From: an uncultured Gammaproteobacteria bacterium
GTDB taxonomy: Bacteria; Pseudomonadota; Gammaproteobacteria; GCA-002705445; GCA-002716945
Assembly: GCA_902628335.1 (NCBI GenBank)
Contig: CACOMO010000001.1
Coordinates: 45,313 to 109,312, forward strand
Reading direction: 5' to 3'
Length of the DNA stretch: 64,000 bases
Shown: one piece after another, positions 56,495 through 64,000 of the stretch
Numbering within the stretch: the stretch's first letter is position 1
How the letters are laid out: every line of letters begins with the position of its first letter
Translations under genes and position numbers: made by a program
The notes under the pieces: model-generated
Told to the model about the DNA's origin: nothing
The model's database searches: none
Seen by the model: only the letters and a program-made list of their open reading frames with translations

Positions 56495-56845
56495 TTAGTT
56501 GAGCTTTTCTTTAATTCTTGCAGATTTTCCAGATCTTTCTCTGAGATAATATAGTTTTGCTCTTCTCACATCACCTTTTCTTTTTACTTTTATACTGGCT
56601 AAAGACATGCTATGAAGCTGAAAAACTCGCTCTACTCCCTCTCCGTAGGATATTTTACGAACAGTAAATGATGAACTTATTCCACGATTACTTTTTGCAA
56701 TAACAATTCCCTCAAACTGCTGTAATCTCTCGCGTTTACCCTCTTTGACCTTTACAGCTACAACTACCGTATCACCAGGTGAAAAATCTGGATGATTCTT
56801 AAGTTGTTTTGAATTAATTTTTGTAATAATTTTATTGGACTTCAT
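56495..56845 (-). CDS. rplS: 50S ribosomal protein L19
   Basis: 116 aa with [27 protein letters not shown]. Confidence 0.95.
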   Translation of the reverse strand: MKSNKIITKINSKQLKNHPDFSPGDTVVVAVKVKEGKRERLQQFEGIVIAKSNRGISSSFTVRKISYGEGVERVFQLHSMSLASIKVKRKGDVRRAKLYYLRERSGKSARIKEKLN

Positions 56846-57573
56846 TTCTTCTTTTGCTCATCAACATATTCTTTGAGGAGTTTATCATCTTCTTTTGTAA
56901 GTTTCACGTTTTTTAGTAAATCAGGCCTCTTTGATTGTGTTATGCCAAGGGACATTTTCCTTCTCCATCTTCTAATTTCCTCGTGGTTACCGTTGAGTAA
57001 GACTTCTGGCACTGAAAGTCCATTTATTGTCTCGGGTCTAGAAAATTGAGGATAATCAAGGATACCGTTTTCAAATGATTCGCTTAAAATTGACTCAATG
57101 TCTTCAGGTACTCCTGGTATTCTTCGGACTAAGGCCTCTAAAACCACCATGGCTGCTATTTCCCCGCCTGATATAACATAATCTCCAATGGATATTTCTT
57201 CATCAATATGGTTATCGATGATTCTTTGGTCTATACCCTCATATCTGCCACAGATTAATGTTATTTCTGGCATATTCAAAAAATTACAGATAACCTCTTT
57301 ATTGATTTTTTTTCCCTGTGGTGAAAGGTATATGTTATAGGCGTTATTCCCAAGCGAGTCCATCGCTTTTTTAATTGGTTCATATCTTAATAACATTCCA
57401 GGGCCACCTCCATATGGTTTATCATCTACCCTATTTTGATTATCAGTAGAGTAATCACTGAGTGGGATGATATTAAGCTTTATAATGTTATTTCTTATTG
57501 CTTTTTTAATCAGACCGAAACTTGTAAATGATTCAACAAAATCAGGGAAGATTGTAATGAAATTAATAATCAT
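56842..57573 (-). CDS. trmD: tRNA (guanine37-N1)-methyltransferase
   Basis: 243 aa with [23 protein letters not shown] and [11 protein letters not shown]. Confidence 0.95.
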   Translation of the reverse strand: MIINFITIFPDFVESFTSFGLIKKAIRNNIIKLNIIPLSDYSTDNQNRVDDKPYGGGPGMLLRYEPIKKAMDSLGNNAYNIYLSPQGKKINKEVICNFLNMPEITLICGRYEGIDQRIIDNHIDEEISIGDYVISGGEIAAMVVLEALVRRIPGVPEDIESILSESFENGILDYPQFSRPETINGLSVPEVLLNGNHEEIRRWRRKMSLGITQSKRPDLLKNVKLTKEDDKLLKEYVDEQKKK

Positions 57574-58072
57574 TTTTCCAATCTACTCCTATAGTTTTTT
57601 CTTTTATATTCACTTCCAGTAAGAAATCTTTAACAAACGGAATTAGCAACTCTTTTTTATTTTTATGATTCTTTATAACCAGAATATCACTTGACGGATT
57701 TCTGATAATACTGGTGACTTTTCCTAATAAATGTTTTTCATTCGAGTAGACTGAACAATCAATTAAATCATTCCAGTAATACTCTCCTTCGTTAAGTTTA
57801 CTAAACTGATCACTTTTAGTATATATTTTAAAGTCTACCAATTTCTCAGCTTGATCAATAGAATCAATACTTTTAATTTTGAGTATAATTTTTTTAGGCA
57901 TCATCCTATAATCAGTGATATCGATTATTTTAAACTTATGATCTGTATGCAAATAAAGTTTGTAATCGAAAATATCTTCTTGATTTGACGAATATGACTC
58001 TATAGAAACCCAGCCTTTTACTCCATGGGTAGATGTAATTCTACCTATTACAATGAAATCATTGTTGAGCAT
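57563..58072 (-). CDS. rimM: 16S rRNA processing protein RimM
   Basis: 169 aa with IGRITSTHGVKGWV and a position between trmD and rpsP. Confidence 0.85.
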   Translation of the reverse strand: MLNNDFIVIGRITSTHGVKGWVSIESYSSNQEDIFDYKLYLHTDHKFKIIDITDYRMMPKKIILKIKSIDSIDQAEKLVDFKIYTKSDQFSKLNEGEYYWNDLIDCSVYSNEKHLLGKVTSIIRNPSSDILVIKNHKNKKELLIPFVKDFLLEVNIKEKTIGVDWKNDY

Positions 58073-58080
58073 ATGTCGAA

Positions 58081-58476
58081 TTATTTTTCAGTTTTTTCTT
58101 CAGCTGGTGCTTCAGGTGCAGCAGCTTCTTCAGCTGGTGCTTCAGGTGCAGCAGCTTTCTCTTTTTTCTTAAGACGTTTCTGTTTTGATTTTTCTAGTTG
58201 CGCAGTTTTAATTGTTTTTCTTTTAGACAGATTATCGACATCAAGCGAGTATTTTTTGAGAAGGGAAACGCGATTACTCAGTTGTGCACCTCGTGAAACC
58301 CAGTATTCTAGTCTCTCTAAGTTAAGTGAAATCCTACCAGAATTCTCAATATTAGGGTCATAACTACCTATTTTTTCAAGACATCTCCCATCACGTCTTT
58401 GTCTCTGATCCATAACCACTATATGATAGTAAGGCCTCTTTCTCGCGCCACCCCTAGATAGTCTTATTTTTACCAT
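58081..58476 (-). CDS. rpsP: 30S ribosomal protein S16 with a Lys/Ala/Pro/Glu-rich C-terminal extension
   Basis: MVKIRLSRGGARKRPYYHIVV... is the canonical S16 N-terminus. The C-terminal roughly 50 aa are an extension containing a duplicated AAAPEAPAEE unit. Confidence 0.95.
   Translation of the reverse strand: MVKIRLSRGGARKRPYYHIVVMDQRQRRDGRCLEKIGSYDPNIENSGRISLNLERLEYWVSRGAQLSNRVSLLKKYSLDVDNLSKRKTIKTAQLEKSKQKRLKKKEKAAAPEAPAEEAAAPEAPAEEKTEK
58097..58156. repeat. Perfect 30-nt tandem duplication (2 copies) inside the rpsP 3' extension
   Basis: TCTTCAGCTGGTGCTTCAGGTGCAGCAGCT occurs at 58097-58126 and again at 58127-58156. Confidence 0.9.
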
Positions 58477-58501
58477 ATGTTGTCCTCATAAAATCAGCGT
58501 A

Positions 58502-58510
58502 ATTATAGCA
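58502..58510 (-). promoter_or_regulatory. Putative extended -10 promoter element for the rpsP operon
   Basis: The minus strand reads TGCTATAAT (TGn plus a perfect TATAAT) about 26 nt upstream of the rpsP ATG. The -35 is weak. Confidence 0.4.
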
Positions 58511-58652
58511 TTACTTGCCCTGTAGAGTTAGTTATTTAGAGATAAATTTACTAATATTTGTATAACATAGTACTTTTATCGTGAAATTTTGATATGATTT
58601 ACTATGTTAATGGTAAAACCTGTGTCGGATAAGCAAAACACCATCATCTGAG

Positions 58653-59426
58653 ATGACAGCAATAGCAACCTTGAGTATTATTGGATTTTTTATTTCATCA
58701 TTGTGCATGAAGAAAGTGCTAAGTGAAAACTCCTCCAAACAGTTTTTCTACCCTATTTTCATCTGCACCATATTAATTATGAGCACTTACACATATCAGC
58801 TTATGTCAGAGTACTCAATTAAATCTAACTTTATGATCGCACTTCTTCTGACTTTTCTAATCCTTAATTTTTTACTGCTCTTTCTAATGTTTATTAAGCC
58901 CGCGCACCATCTTGCATTAATCTTATTACCGTTATCAGCATTGGTTGTCTTCTTGACGTTAGTATTTGACTTTAAAACTTCAACAAGCAGCATAAGTTAT
59001 GATTTATTCTTGCATATTCTTGTTTCATTAGTCTCATACGGCCTTCTTGGACTGGCTGCCATGCAAGCACTGCTGCTAAAATTTCAGGAGCAAAAACTTA
59101 AAGATCTTGAAAACTCCTCTCTTAGCAACTTAATGCCATCAATGGACATTATGGAAAATATCATGTTCGATCTAATAGTAATAGGATTCATTTTACTTAC
59201 AATATCCCTACTTACTGGTGCACCATTTGTCTCCTCGAATGCAGATAAAATATTACTTCAAAAAATTACTTTCTCTGTAATTGCATGGGTAGCGTACTTT
59301 TATTTGATATATCAGCGTTTTTCATCAAATGTCATCGGAAAAAAAGCTAACAATCTTGCTATAGGTGGCATGATATTTCTTTTATTTGCTTATCTAGGTA
59401 CAAAAGTGCTATTTGAATTTTTCTAG
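58653..59426 (+). CDS. Inner-membrane protein of the cytochrome c assembly (CcsA/YpjD-like) family
   Basis: 257 aa, polytopic and hydrophobic. Paired with a CorC/YfjD-like gene, as ypjD-yfjD are in E. coli. Confidence 0.65.
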   Translation: MTAIATLSIIGFFISSLCMKKVLSENSSKQFFYPIFICTILIMSTYTYQLMSEYSIKSNFMIALLLTFLILNFLLLFLMFIKPAHHLALILLPLSALVVFLTLVFDFKTSTSSISYDLFLHILVSLVSYGLLGLAAMQALLLKFQEQKLKDLENSSLSNLMPSMDIMENIMFDLIVIGFILLTISLLTGAPFVSSNADKILLQKITFSVIAWVAYFYLIYQRFSSNVIGKKANNLAIGGMIFLLFAYLGTKVLFEFF

Positions 59427-59435
59427 TTATAATTT

Positions 59436-60683
59436 ATGGTCGAGCTAAGCACAGAAAATTTGTTTATTATTTTATTCATACTGCTAATTATGTCTGCTTT
59501 TTTTTCAGGTGCAGAAACCTCTTTGATGAGTGTTAATCGCTACAAACTTAAACATAAGCATAAACAGGGTCATAAGTTAGCAAGTAAAGTAACTTATCTT
59601 ATAAAAAACCCAGACAAGACACTTAGTCTCATATTGCTTATGAATAACTTTGTAAATATACTTGCATCAGCTATTAGTACGATTATAGCAATTAAGTTAT
59701 ATGGTGAGGCTGGTATAGCGATATCTGTAGTGGTCTTGACTGTAGTCATTTTAATATTTGCTGAAGTAACGCCAAAGACTCTTGCTGCTCTTCATGCTGA
59801 CAAAATTGCTTATCCTGTATCTTGGATACTATATCCACTAATGAAAATACTCCGCCCTATCATAATGATAATAAATGTTATTACTAAAGGTATTCTTAGG
59901 ATCCTGGGAATCAGAGACAATAAAATTAACCAAGAACTTTTAACTAAAGACGAGATCAAACTTATCGTGAAAGAATCTAGTCAGCGAATACCAAAAAGTC
60001 ATGAAGATATGATTGTAAACATGTTAGATCTAGAGAAAGTGAAAGTTGAGGATGCAATGATACCAAGATCTGAAGTATATGCAGTTGATATAGATGATGA
60101 ATTGGACGTTGTTACAAAGAAATTAACCAGGTCTAAACATACTCGAATACCTATCTATCAGCAAGATATAAATAAGTTGTTAGGATTTCTCCATAAAAGA
60201 AAAGTAATGGAGATGCTTGTAACTAGTAATTTCTCAAAGGACTTTATCAGAGAGTCTGTCAGTCCACCTTATTACATACCTGAAGATACATCATTAACTT
60301 CTCAACTTATTTCATTTAAAAGAGAAAGAAAAAGAGTGGGCTTTGTAGTGGACGAATATGGAGATGTGAAGGGTCTAGTAACACTCAATGATATATTAGA
60401 AGAAATAGTCGGAGAATTTAATGATTATAACAGGGACCTAGGTATTATAAAAATCCACAATGATTCCTATATAATCGATGGTTCGATACAGATTCGAGAA
60501 ATCAATAAAATTCTTGATTGGAAGATTTCTGAGGATGCAGCTAAAACTATTAATGGTTATATACTTGAGTTTTTGGAAAATATACCAAAAAAAGGTGAGA
60601 CATTTACGAATGAGGGATATGAATTTGAGATAATTGAAATAACTAATAATTTTGTTAACAATGTAAAGGTCACAAAAAAGTAG
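59436..60683 (+). CDS. HlyC/CorC-family transporter (DUF21 membrane domain, CBS pair and CorC_HlyC domain)
   Basis: 415 aa. N-terminal TM domain with FFSGAETSLMS, CBS-like middle region (MIPRSEV...) and C-terminal VVDEYGDVKGLVTLNDILEEIVGE. Confidence 0.85.
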   Translation: MVELSTENLFIILFILLIMSAFFSGAETSLMSVNRYKLKHKHKQGHKLASKVTYLIKNPDKTLSLILLMNNFVNILASAISTIIAIKLYGEAGIAISVVVLTVVILIFAEVTPKTLAALHADKIAYPVSWILYPLMKILRPIIMIINVITKGILRILGIRDNKINQELLTKDEIKLIVKESSQRIPKSHEDMIVNMLDLEKVKVEDAMIPRSEVYAVDIDDELDVVTKKLTRSKHTRIPIYQQDINKLLGFLHKRKVMEMLVTSNFSKDFIRESVSPPYYIPEDTSLTSQLISFKRERKRVGFVVDEYGDVKGLVTLNDILEEIVGEFNDYNRDLGIIKIHNDSYIIDGSIQIREINKILDWKISEDAAKTINGYILEFLENIPKKGETFTNEGYEFEIIEITNNFVNNVKVTKK

Positions 60684-60694
60684 TATTATAGATA

Positions 60695-60895
60695 ATGGAT
60701 AAGAAAAATAAGAGCAAATTCTCTACATTTGAGGAAGATTTGTCAAATATGCAAAAAATATTAGATGATTTAGAGTCATCAGAATTAACTCTTGAGGAAA
60801 TGATAGAGAAGTATCGTCTTGGTGTAGAGCTTGCAAAAAAATGTAAGAAGAAACTTGATGAAGCCGAGACAGAAATAAAAAAAATATCTAGTTAG
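60695..60895 (+). CDS. xseB: Exodeoxyribonuclease VII small subunit
   Basis: 66 aa with FEEDLSNMQKILDDLESSELTLEEMIEKYRLGVELAKKC, the XseB pattern. Immediately upstream of dxs. Confidence 0.85.
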   Translation: MDKKNKSKFSTFEEDLSNMQKILDDLESSELTLEEMIEKYRLGVELAKKCKKKLDEAETEIKKISS

Positions 60896-60899
60896 TAAA

Positions 60900-62783
60900 A
60901 TGGAATATGAAATTTTAGATAGAATCAATGATCCAGCAGATGTAAGAGCACTTGAGAAAAAAGAGCTTGTAAAGTTATCAAGAGAACTAAGACATTTTTT
61001 AATCGACTCAGTTTCAAAAACAGGTGGTCACTTAGCAGCAGGGCTTGGCGCTATAGAAATAACGATTGCACTCCATAAAGTATTCAATACACCGGATGAC
61101 AAACTTGTTTGGGATATTGGACACCAATGTTATCCGCATAAGATTCTTACTGGTAGGAAGCATTTAATGTCAACATTGAGAAAAAAAGACGGTATCTCAG
61201 GGTTTCTCAAAAGAGAAGAGAGCGCATATGATGTATTTGGTGCTGGTCATTCCAGTACCTCAATCAGTGCCGCTGTTGGCATTGATGCTGGAAACAAACT
61301 CAAAAAAGATTCATCACATACTATAGCAATAATTGGAGATGGAGGGTTAACTGCGGGTATGGCGTATGAGGCATTAAGTCATGCAGGTGATATGAGGTCA
61401 AATATTCTAGTTATCTTGAATGATAATGAAATGTCAATATCTCCTAATGTTGGAGCGGTACATAAATATCTCACAAGAATAATGACAAGCAAGACCGTCT
61501 CAACACTCCGAAAAGGTGGAAAGAAAGTCCTGGAAAAAATTAAACCCATAGAGGATCTAGCAAAACGTGTTGAAGGAAGTGCAAAGAATCTAATAGCACC
61601 AGGATTATTCTTTGAAGAACTTGGTTTTAAATATTACGGACCAGTTGATGGACATGATGTACAAGGCCTAATAGAGATTCTTGAAAACCTTAAAGACAAA
61701 GATGGTCCCAGATTCCTACACATTATGACAAAAAAAGGAAAGGGATATAAATTAGCAGAACAAAACCCTATTTCATTTCATGGAGTAAAACCATTTGATA
61801 CAAAAACTGGTAAATCTAGTCCTGAGAAGAAAGTAAAAGAATTAACTTATACAAATGTTTTCAGTAAGTGGATTGAACATTTTGCTCATAAAGATAGTAA
61901 ATTAGTGGCGATCACACCAGCAATGAGAGAAGGCTCTGGTCTTGTTGATTTCCAAGAAAAGTTTCCTGATAGGTATTTTGATGTTGGTATTGCTGAGCAA
62001 CATGCAATGACATTTGCTGCAGGATTAGCTTGTAATGACATAAAACCAATCGTAGCTATTTATTCAACATTCTTACAAAGAGCATATGATCAATTAATTC
62101 ATGATGTTGTTGTTCAAGATCTTGATATCTTATTAGCAATTGATCGAGCTGGGATTGTCGGTGCTGACGGTGAGACTCATCAAGGTATCTATGATATATC
62201 TTTTCTGAGAGTTTTACCGAAAATAGTAATCATGACTCCATCAAATGAATCTGAAATGGTTAAAATGCTAACCACTGGATATAGTCATTACGGCCTAGCT
62301 GCTGTCAGATATCCTCGAGGAAATATCACAGGTATAGAATTCGAAAATGATTTTTTAGCGACGATTGATATCGGAAAAGCGAGAAGTATCAGAAAGGGTG
62401 TTGATATCGCATATCTTGTTTTTGGTACTATGCTCTCAACTATTAAAAAAGTAGCTGAATCGAATAATGCTACAATAATTGATATGAGGTTTGTCAAACC
62501 AATTGACGAAGATGTAATAGTTGAGGTTTGCAATACTCACCGATATGTCTTTACAGTAGAGGATAATACGATACTTGGTGGCGCAGGTTCTGCAGTTAAC
62601 GAAGTACTGGTGAAGTACGGAATTAACAAGATTGTCAAAAATTTGGGCATACCAGACGAAACAATCCCTCACGGTAACCAAAATGATATTTTAGCATCTA
62701 TCGGAATGGATTATAATGGTATATTAGGCACAACAAGCAACCATATAAAATTTATGGAAGAATACGAAAAAAAAGCTCGATAG
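60900..62783 (+). CDS. dxs: 1-deoxy-D-xylulose-5-phosphate synthase
   Basis: 627 aa with GGHLAAGLGAIE, WDIGHQCYPHKILTGR, GHSSTSISAAVG and IIGDGGLTAGMAYEAL. Confidence 0.95.
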   Translation: MEYEILDRINDPADVRALEKKELVKLSRELRHFLIDSVSKTGGHLAAGLGAIEITIALHKVFNTPDDKLVWDIGHQCYPHKILTGRKHLMSTLRKKDGISGFLKREESAYDVFGAGHSSTSISAAVGIDAGNKLKKDSSHTIAIIGDGGLTAGMAYEALSHAGDMRSNILVILNDNEMSISPNVGAVHKYLTRIMTSKTVSTLRKGGKKVLEKIKPIEDLAKRVEGSAKNLIAPGLFFEELGFKYYGPVDGHDVQGLIEILENLKDKDGPRFLHIMTKKGKGYKLAEQNPISFHGVKPFDTKTGKSSPEKKVKELTYTNVFSKWIEHFAHKDSKLVAITPAMREGSGLVDFQEKFPDRYFDVGIAEQHAMTFAAGLACNDIKPIVAIYSTFLQRAYDQLIHDVVVQDLDILLAIDRAGIVGADGETHQGIYDISFLRVLPKIVIMTPSNESEMVKMLTTGYSHYGLAAVRYPRGNITGIEFENDFLATIDIGKARSIRKGVDIAYLVFGTMLSTIKKVAESNNATIIDMRFVKPIDEDVIVEVCNTHRYVFTVEDNTILGGAGSAVNEVLVKYGINKIVKNLGIPDETIPHGNQNDILASIGMDYNGILGTTSNHIKFMEEYEKKAR

Positions 62784-62792
62784 GATAAGACA

Positions 62793-63161
62793 ATTTACAC
62801 ACTTACCACATTTGTAGAATTCTCGTCAGCCCATATACTTAATGGACATAAAGGACAATGTAAACAAATGCATGGCCATAACTGGAAAGTTGAAGTTGAA
62901 GTTTGTGGCAATAAGCTTGATAATATTGGTATGGTTATCGATTTTAAAGATATTAAGAAGTCCACCAATAACATTGTAGACGAATTAGATCATGAGTTTT
63001 TGAATGATCTTGAGCCATTCAAGGATGTAAACCCAACAGCTGAGAATATAGCAAAATATATCTATGGTCGATTGAATGAAATTTTGTCTCCGAAGGACGT
63101 CCATGTTAAATCAATAAAGTTATGGGAGACAGATAGATCAGCTGTAAAATATTCAGAGTAG
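62793..63161 (+). CDS. queD: 6-carboxy-5,6,7,8-tetrahydropterin synthase; start codon uncertain (proposed ATT)
   Basis: The conserved QueD N-terminal core [31 protein letters not shown] begins upstream of the track's ATG (62868). The frame is open back to the dxs TAG (62781-62783) with no ATG/GTG/TTG. AGGA at 62782-62785 lies 7 nt upstream of ATT 62793. Confidence 0.75.
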   Translation: MYTLTTFVEFSSAHILNGHKGQCKQMHGHNWKVEVEVCGNKLDNIGMVIDFKDIKKSTNNIVDELDHEFLNDLEPFKDVNPTAENIAKYIYGRLNEILSPKDVHVKSIKLWETDRSAVKYSE

Positions 63162-63169
63162 GAGTAATC

Positions 63170-63991
63170 ATGGCAAGCAAGAACTTAAAACGGACAGAAG
63201 TAAATAATAAAGTACTACCAGACACTCAGGGACAGGTAGATACAAGAAATCTACCTATTAACAAAGTAGGTATAAAGGATATCCTTCATCCAATGATTAT
63301 TAAACAAAGATCAGGGAAAAATCAGACTACAGTAGCTAACTTTAACATGTATGTTAATCTTCCACATAATCTGAAAGGTACACATATGTCTCGTTTCGTT
63401 CATATCTTAAATAGTCATGAAGATTATATAACAGTAGACATCTTTAAAAATATGATCAGAGAAATGTTGATTTTACTAGAGGCGGAATCCGGTCATGTTG
63501 AGATGTCATTCCCGTACTTCATCAAAAAAACTGCACCAGTATCCAAGGTACAGAGTTTGCTTGATTATAATGTGTCTCTAATTGGTGAAATTAAAGATGG
63601 AAAATCAAACATGAAGGTCAAAGTAACAATACCCGTCACTAGTTTGTGCCCTTGTTCAAAAAAAATATCAGACTATGGTGCACATAACCAAAGATCTCAT
63701 GTAACAATTACTGTCACAGTAAAAGAGTTCATCTGGATAGAGGAAATAATTGATATTGTTGAAAAAGAAGCCTCATCAGAGTTATACGCTCTTTTAAAGC
63801 GCCCTGATGAAAAATATGTCACGGAAAGAGCTTATGACAATCCGAAGTTTGTAGAAGACATGGTAAGAGATATTGCAGCTCATTTCAAAAATGATGACAG
63901 GGTGTGTGAATATGTAGTAGAGTCAGAGAACTTCGAATCAATCCATAATCACTCAGCATATGCTCAAATTCATCAAGTAAAAGAAGAATAG
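63170..63991 (+). CDS. folE2: GTP cyclohydrolase I type 2 (FolE2/MptA family)
   Basis: 273 aa with [36 protein letters not shown] and HNQRSH. Confidence 0.85.
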   Translation: MASKNLKRTEVNNKVLPDTQGQVDTRNLPINKVGIKDILHPMIIKQRSGKNQTTVANFNMYVNLPHNLKGTHMSRFVHILNSHEDYITVDIFKNMIREMLILLEAESGHVEMSFPYFIKKTAPVSKVQSLLDYNVSLIGEIKDGKSNMKVKVTIPVTSLCPCSKKISDYGAHNQRSHVTITVTVKEFIWIEEIIDIVEKEASSELYALLKRPDEKYVTERAYDNPKFVEDMVRDIAAHFKNDDRVCEYVVESENFESIHNHSAYAQIHQVKEE

Positions 63992-64000
63992 TTATCTGAA

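Noticed and set aside
58097-58156. The tandem repeat as a CRISPR or minisatellite locus
   Set aside because: There are only two directly adjacent copies with no spacers. They are in frame inside rpsP, so this is a coding duplication.
60695-62783. Absence of ispA between xseB and dxs as evidence of a deletion
   Set aside because: The common xseB-ispA-dxs order is not universal. The 4-nt xseB-dxs gap shows no scar, and ispA may simply lie elsewhere.

Overview
AT-rich window from a streamlined proteobacterial chromosome. Sampled 60-nt lines give about 22-32% G+C in biosynthetic genes and up to about 45-48% in a few genes. Genes are tightly packed, with many 1-4 nt overlaps. The panD-panC-panB-folK cluster, the ypjD/yfjD-like pair, and the rpsP-rimM-trmD-rplS and xseB-dxs arrangements suggest a gammaproteobacterium, probably a marine methylotroph or C1 oxidiser. 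Left third (1-11.9 kb): a complete tetrahydromethanopterin (H4MPT)/methylofuran formaldehyde-oxidation island with fae, mch, mtdB, mptG, fhcBADC, three ATP-grasp genes, a CitG-like gene and a HisA-like gene. 11.9-22.5 kb: nine co-directional minus-strand genes plus one divergent SCO1 gene. They encode a methanethiol oxidase (SBP56/MtoX), its SCO1-MauG fusion partner and a TlpA thioredoxin. Beside these sits an AlkB/XylM-type membrane di-iron monooxygenase with a ferredoxin-FNR reductase, a mini 4Fe-4S protein missing from the ORF track, a Cys-type GST, a 2-TM protein and a FadL-type porin. I consider this the most interesting system: a candidate undescribed route feeding dimethylsulfide, or another volatile methyl compound, into methanethiol and formaldehyde oxidation. 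22.5-32.5 kb: pterin carbinolamine dehydratase, then a truncated P4-type integrase fused in frame to the NAD-dependent formate dehydrogenase beta subunit, followed by fdsA, a translationally coupled TPR-GT41 glycosyltransferase, a DHPS-like gene, an MBL hydrolase and fdhD. The rest is mostly housekeeping: tRNA-Glu, ibpA-like hsp20, gltX, tldD/pmbA, an LPS inner-core heptose cluster, purEK, pgi, panBCD, folK, rplS-trmD-rimM-rpsP, dxs, queD and folE2. It also holds an ArsS-like radical SAM/Cys-rich gene coupled to two transferases. I found no rRNA, CRISPR array, intact IS element or transposase. All functional calls rest on motif and family recognition by eye; no database search was run.
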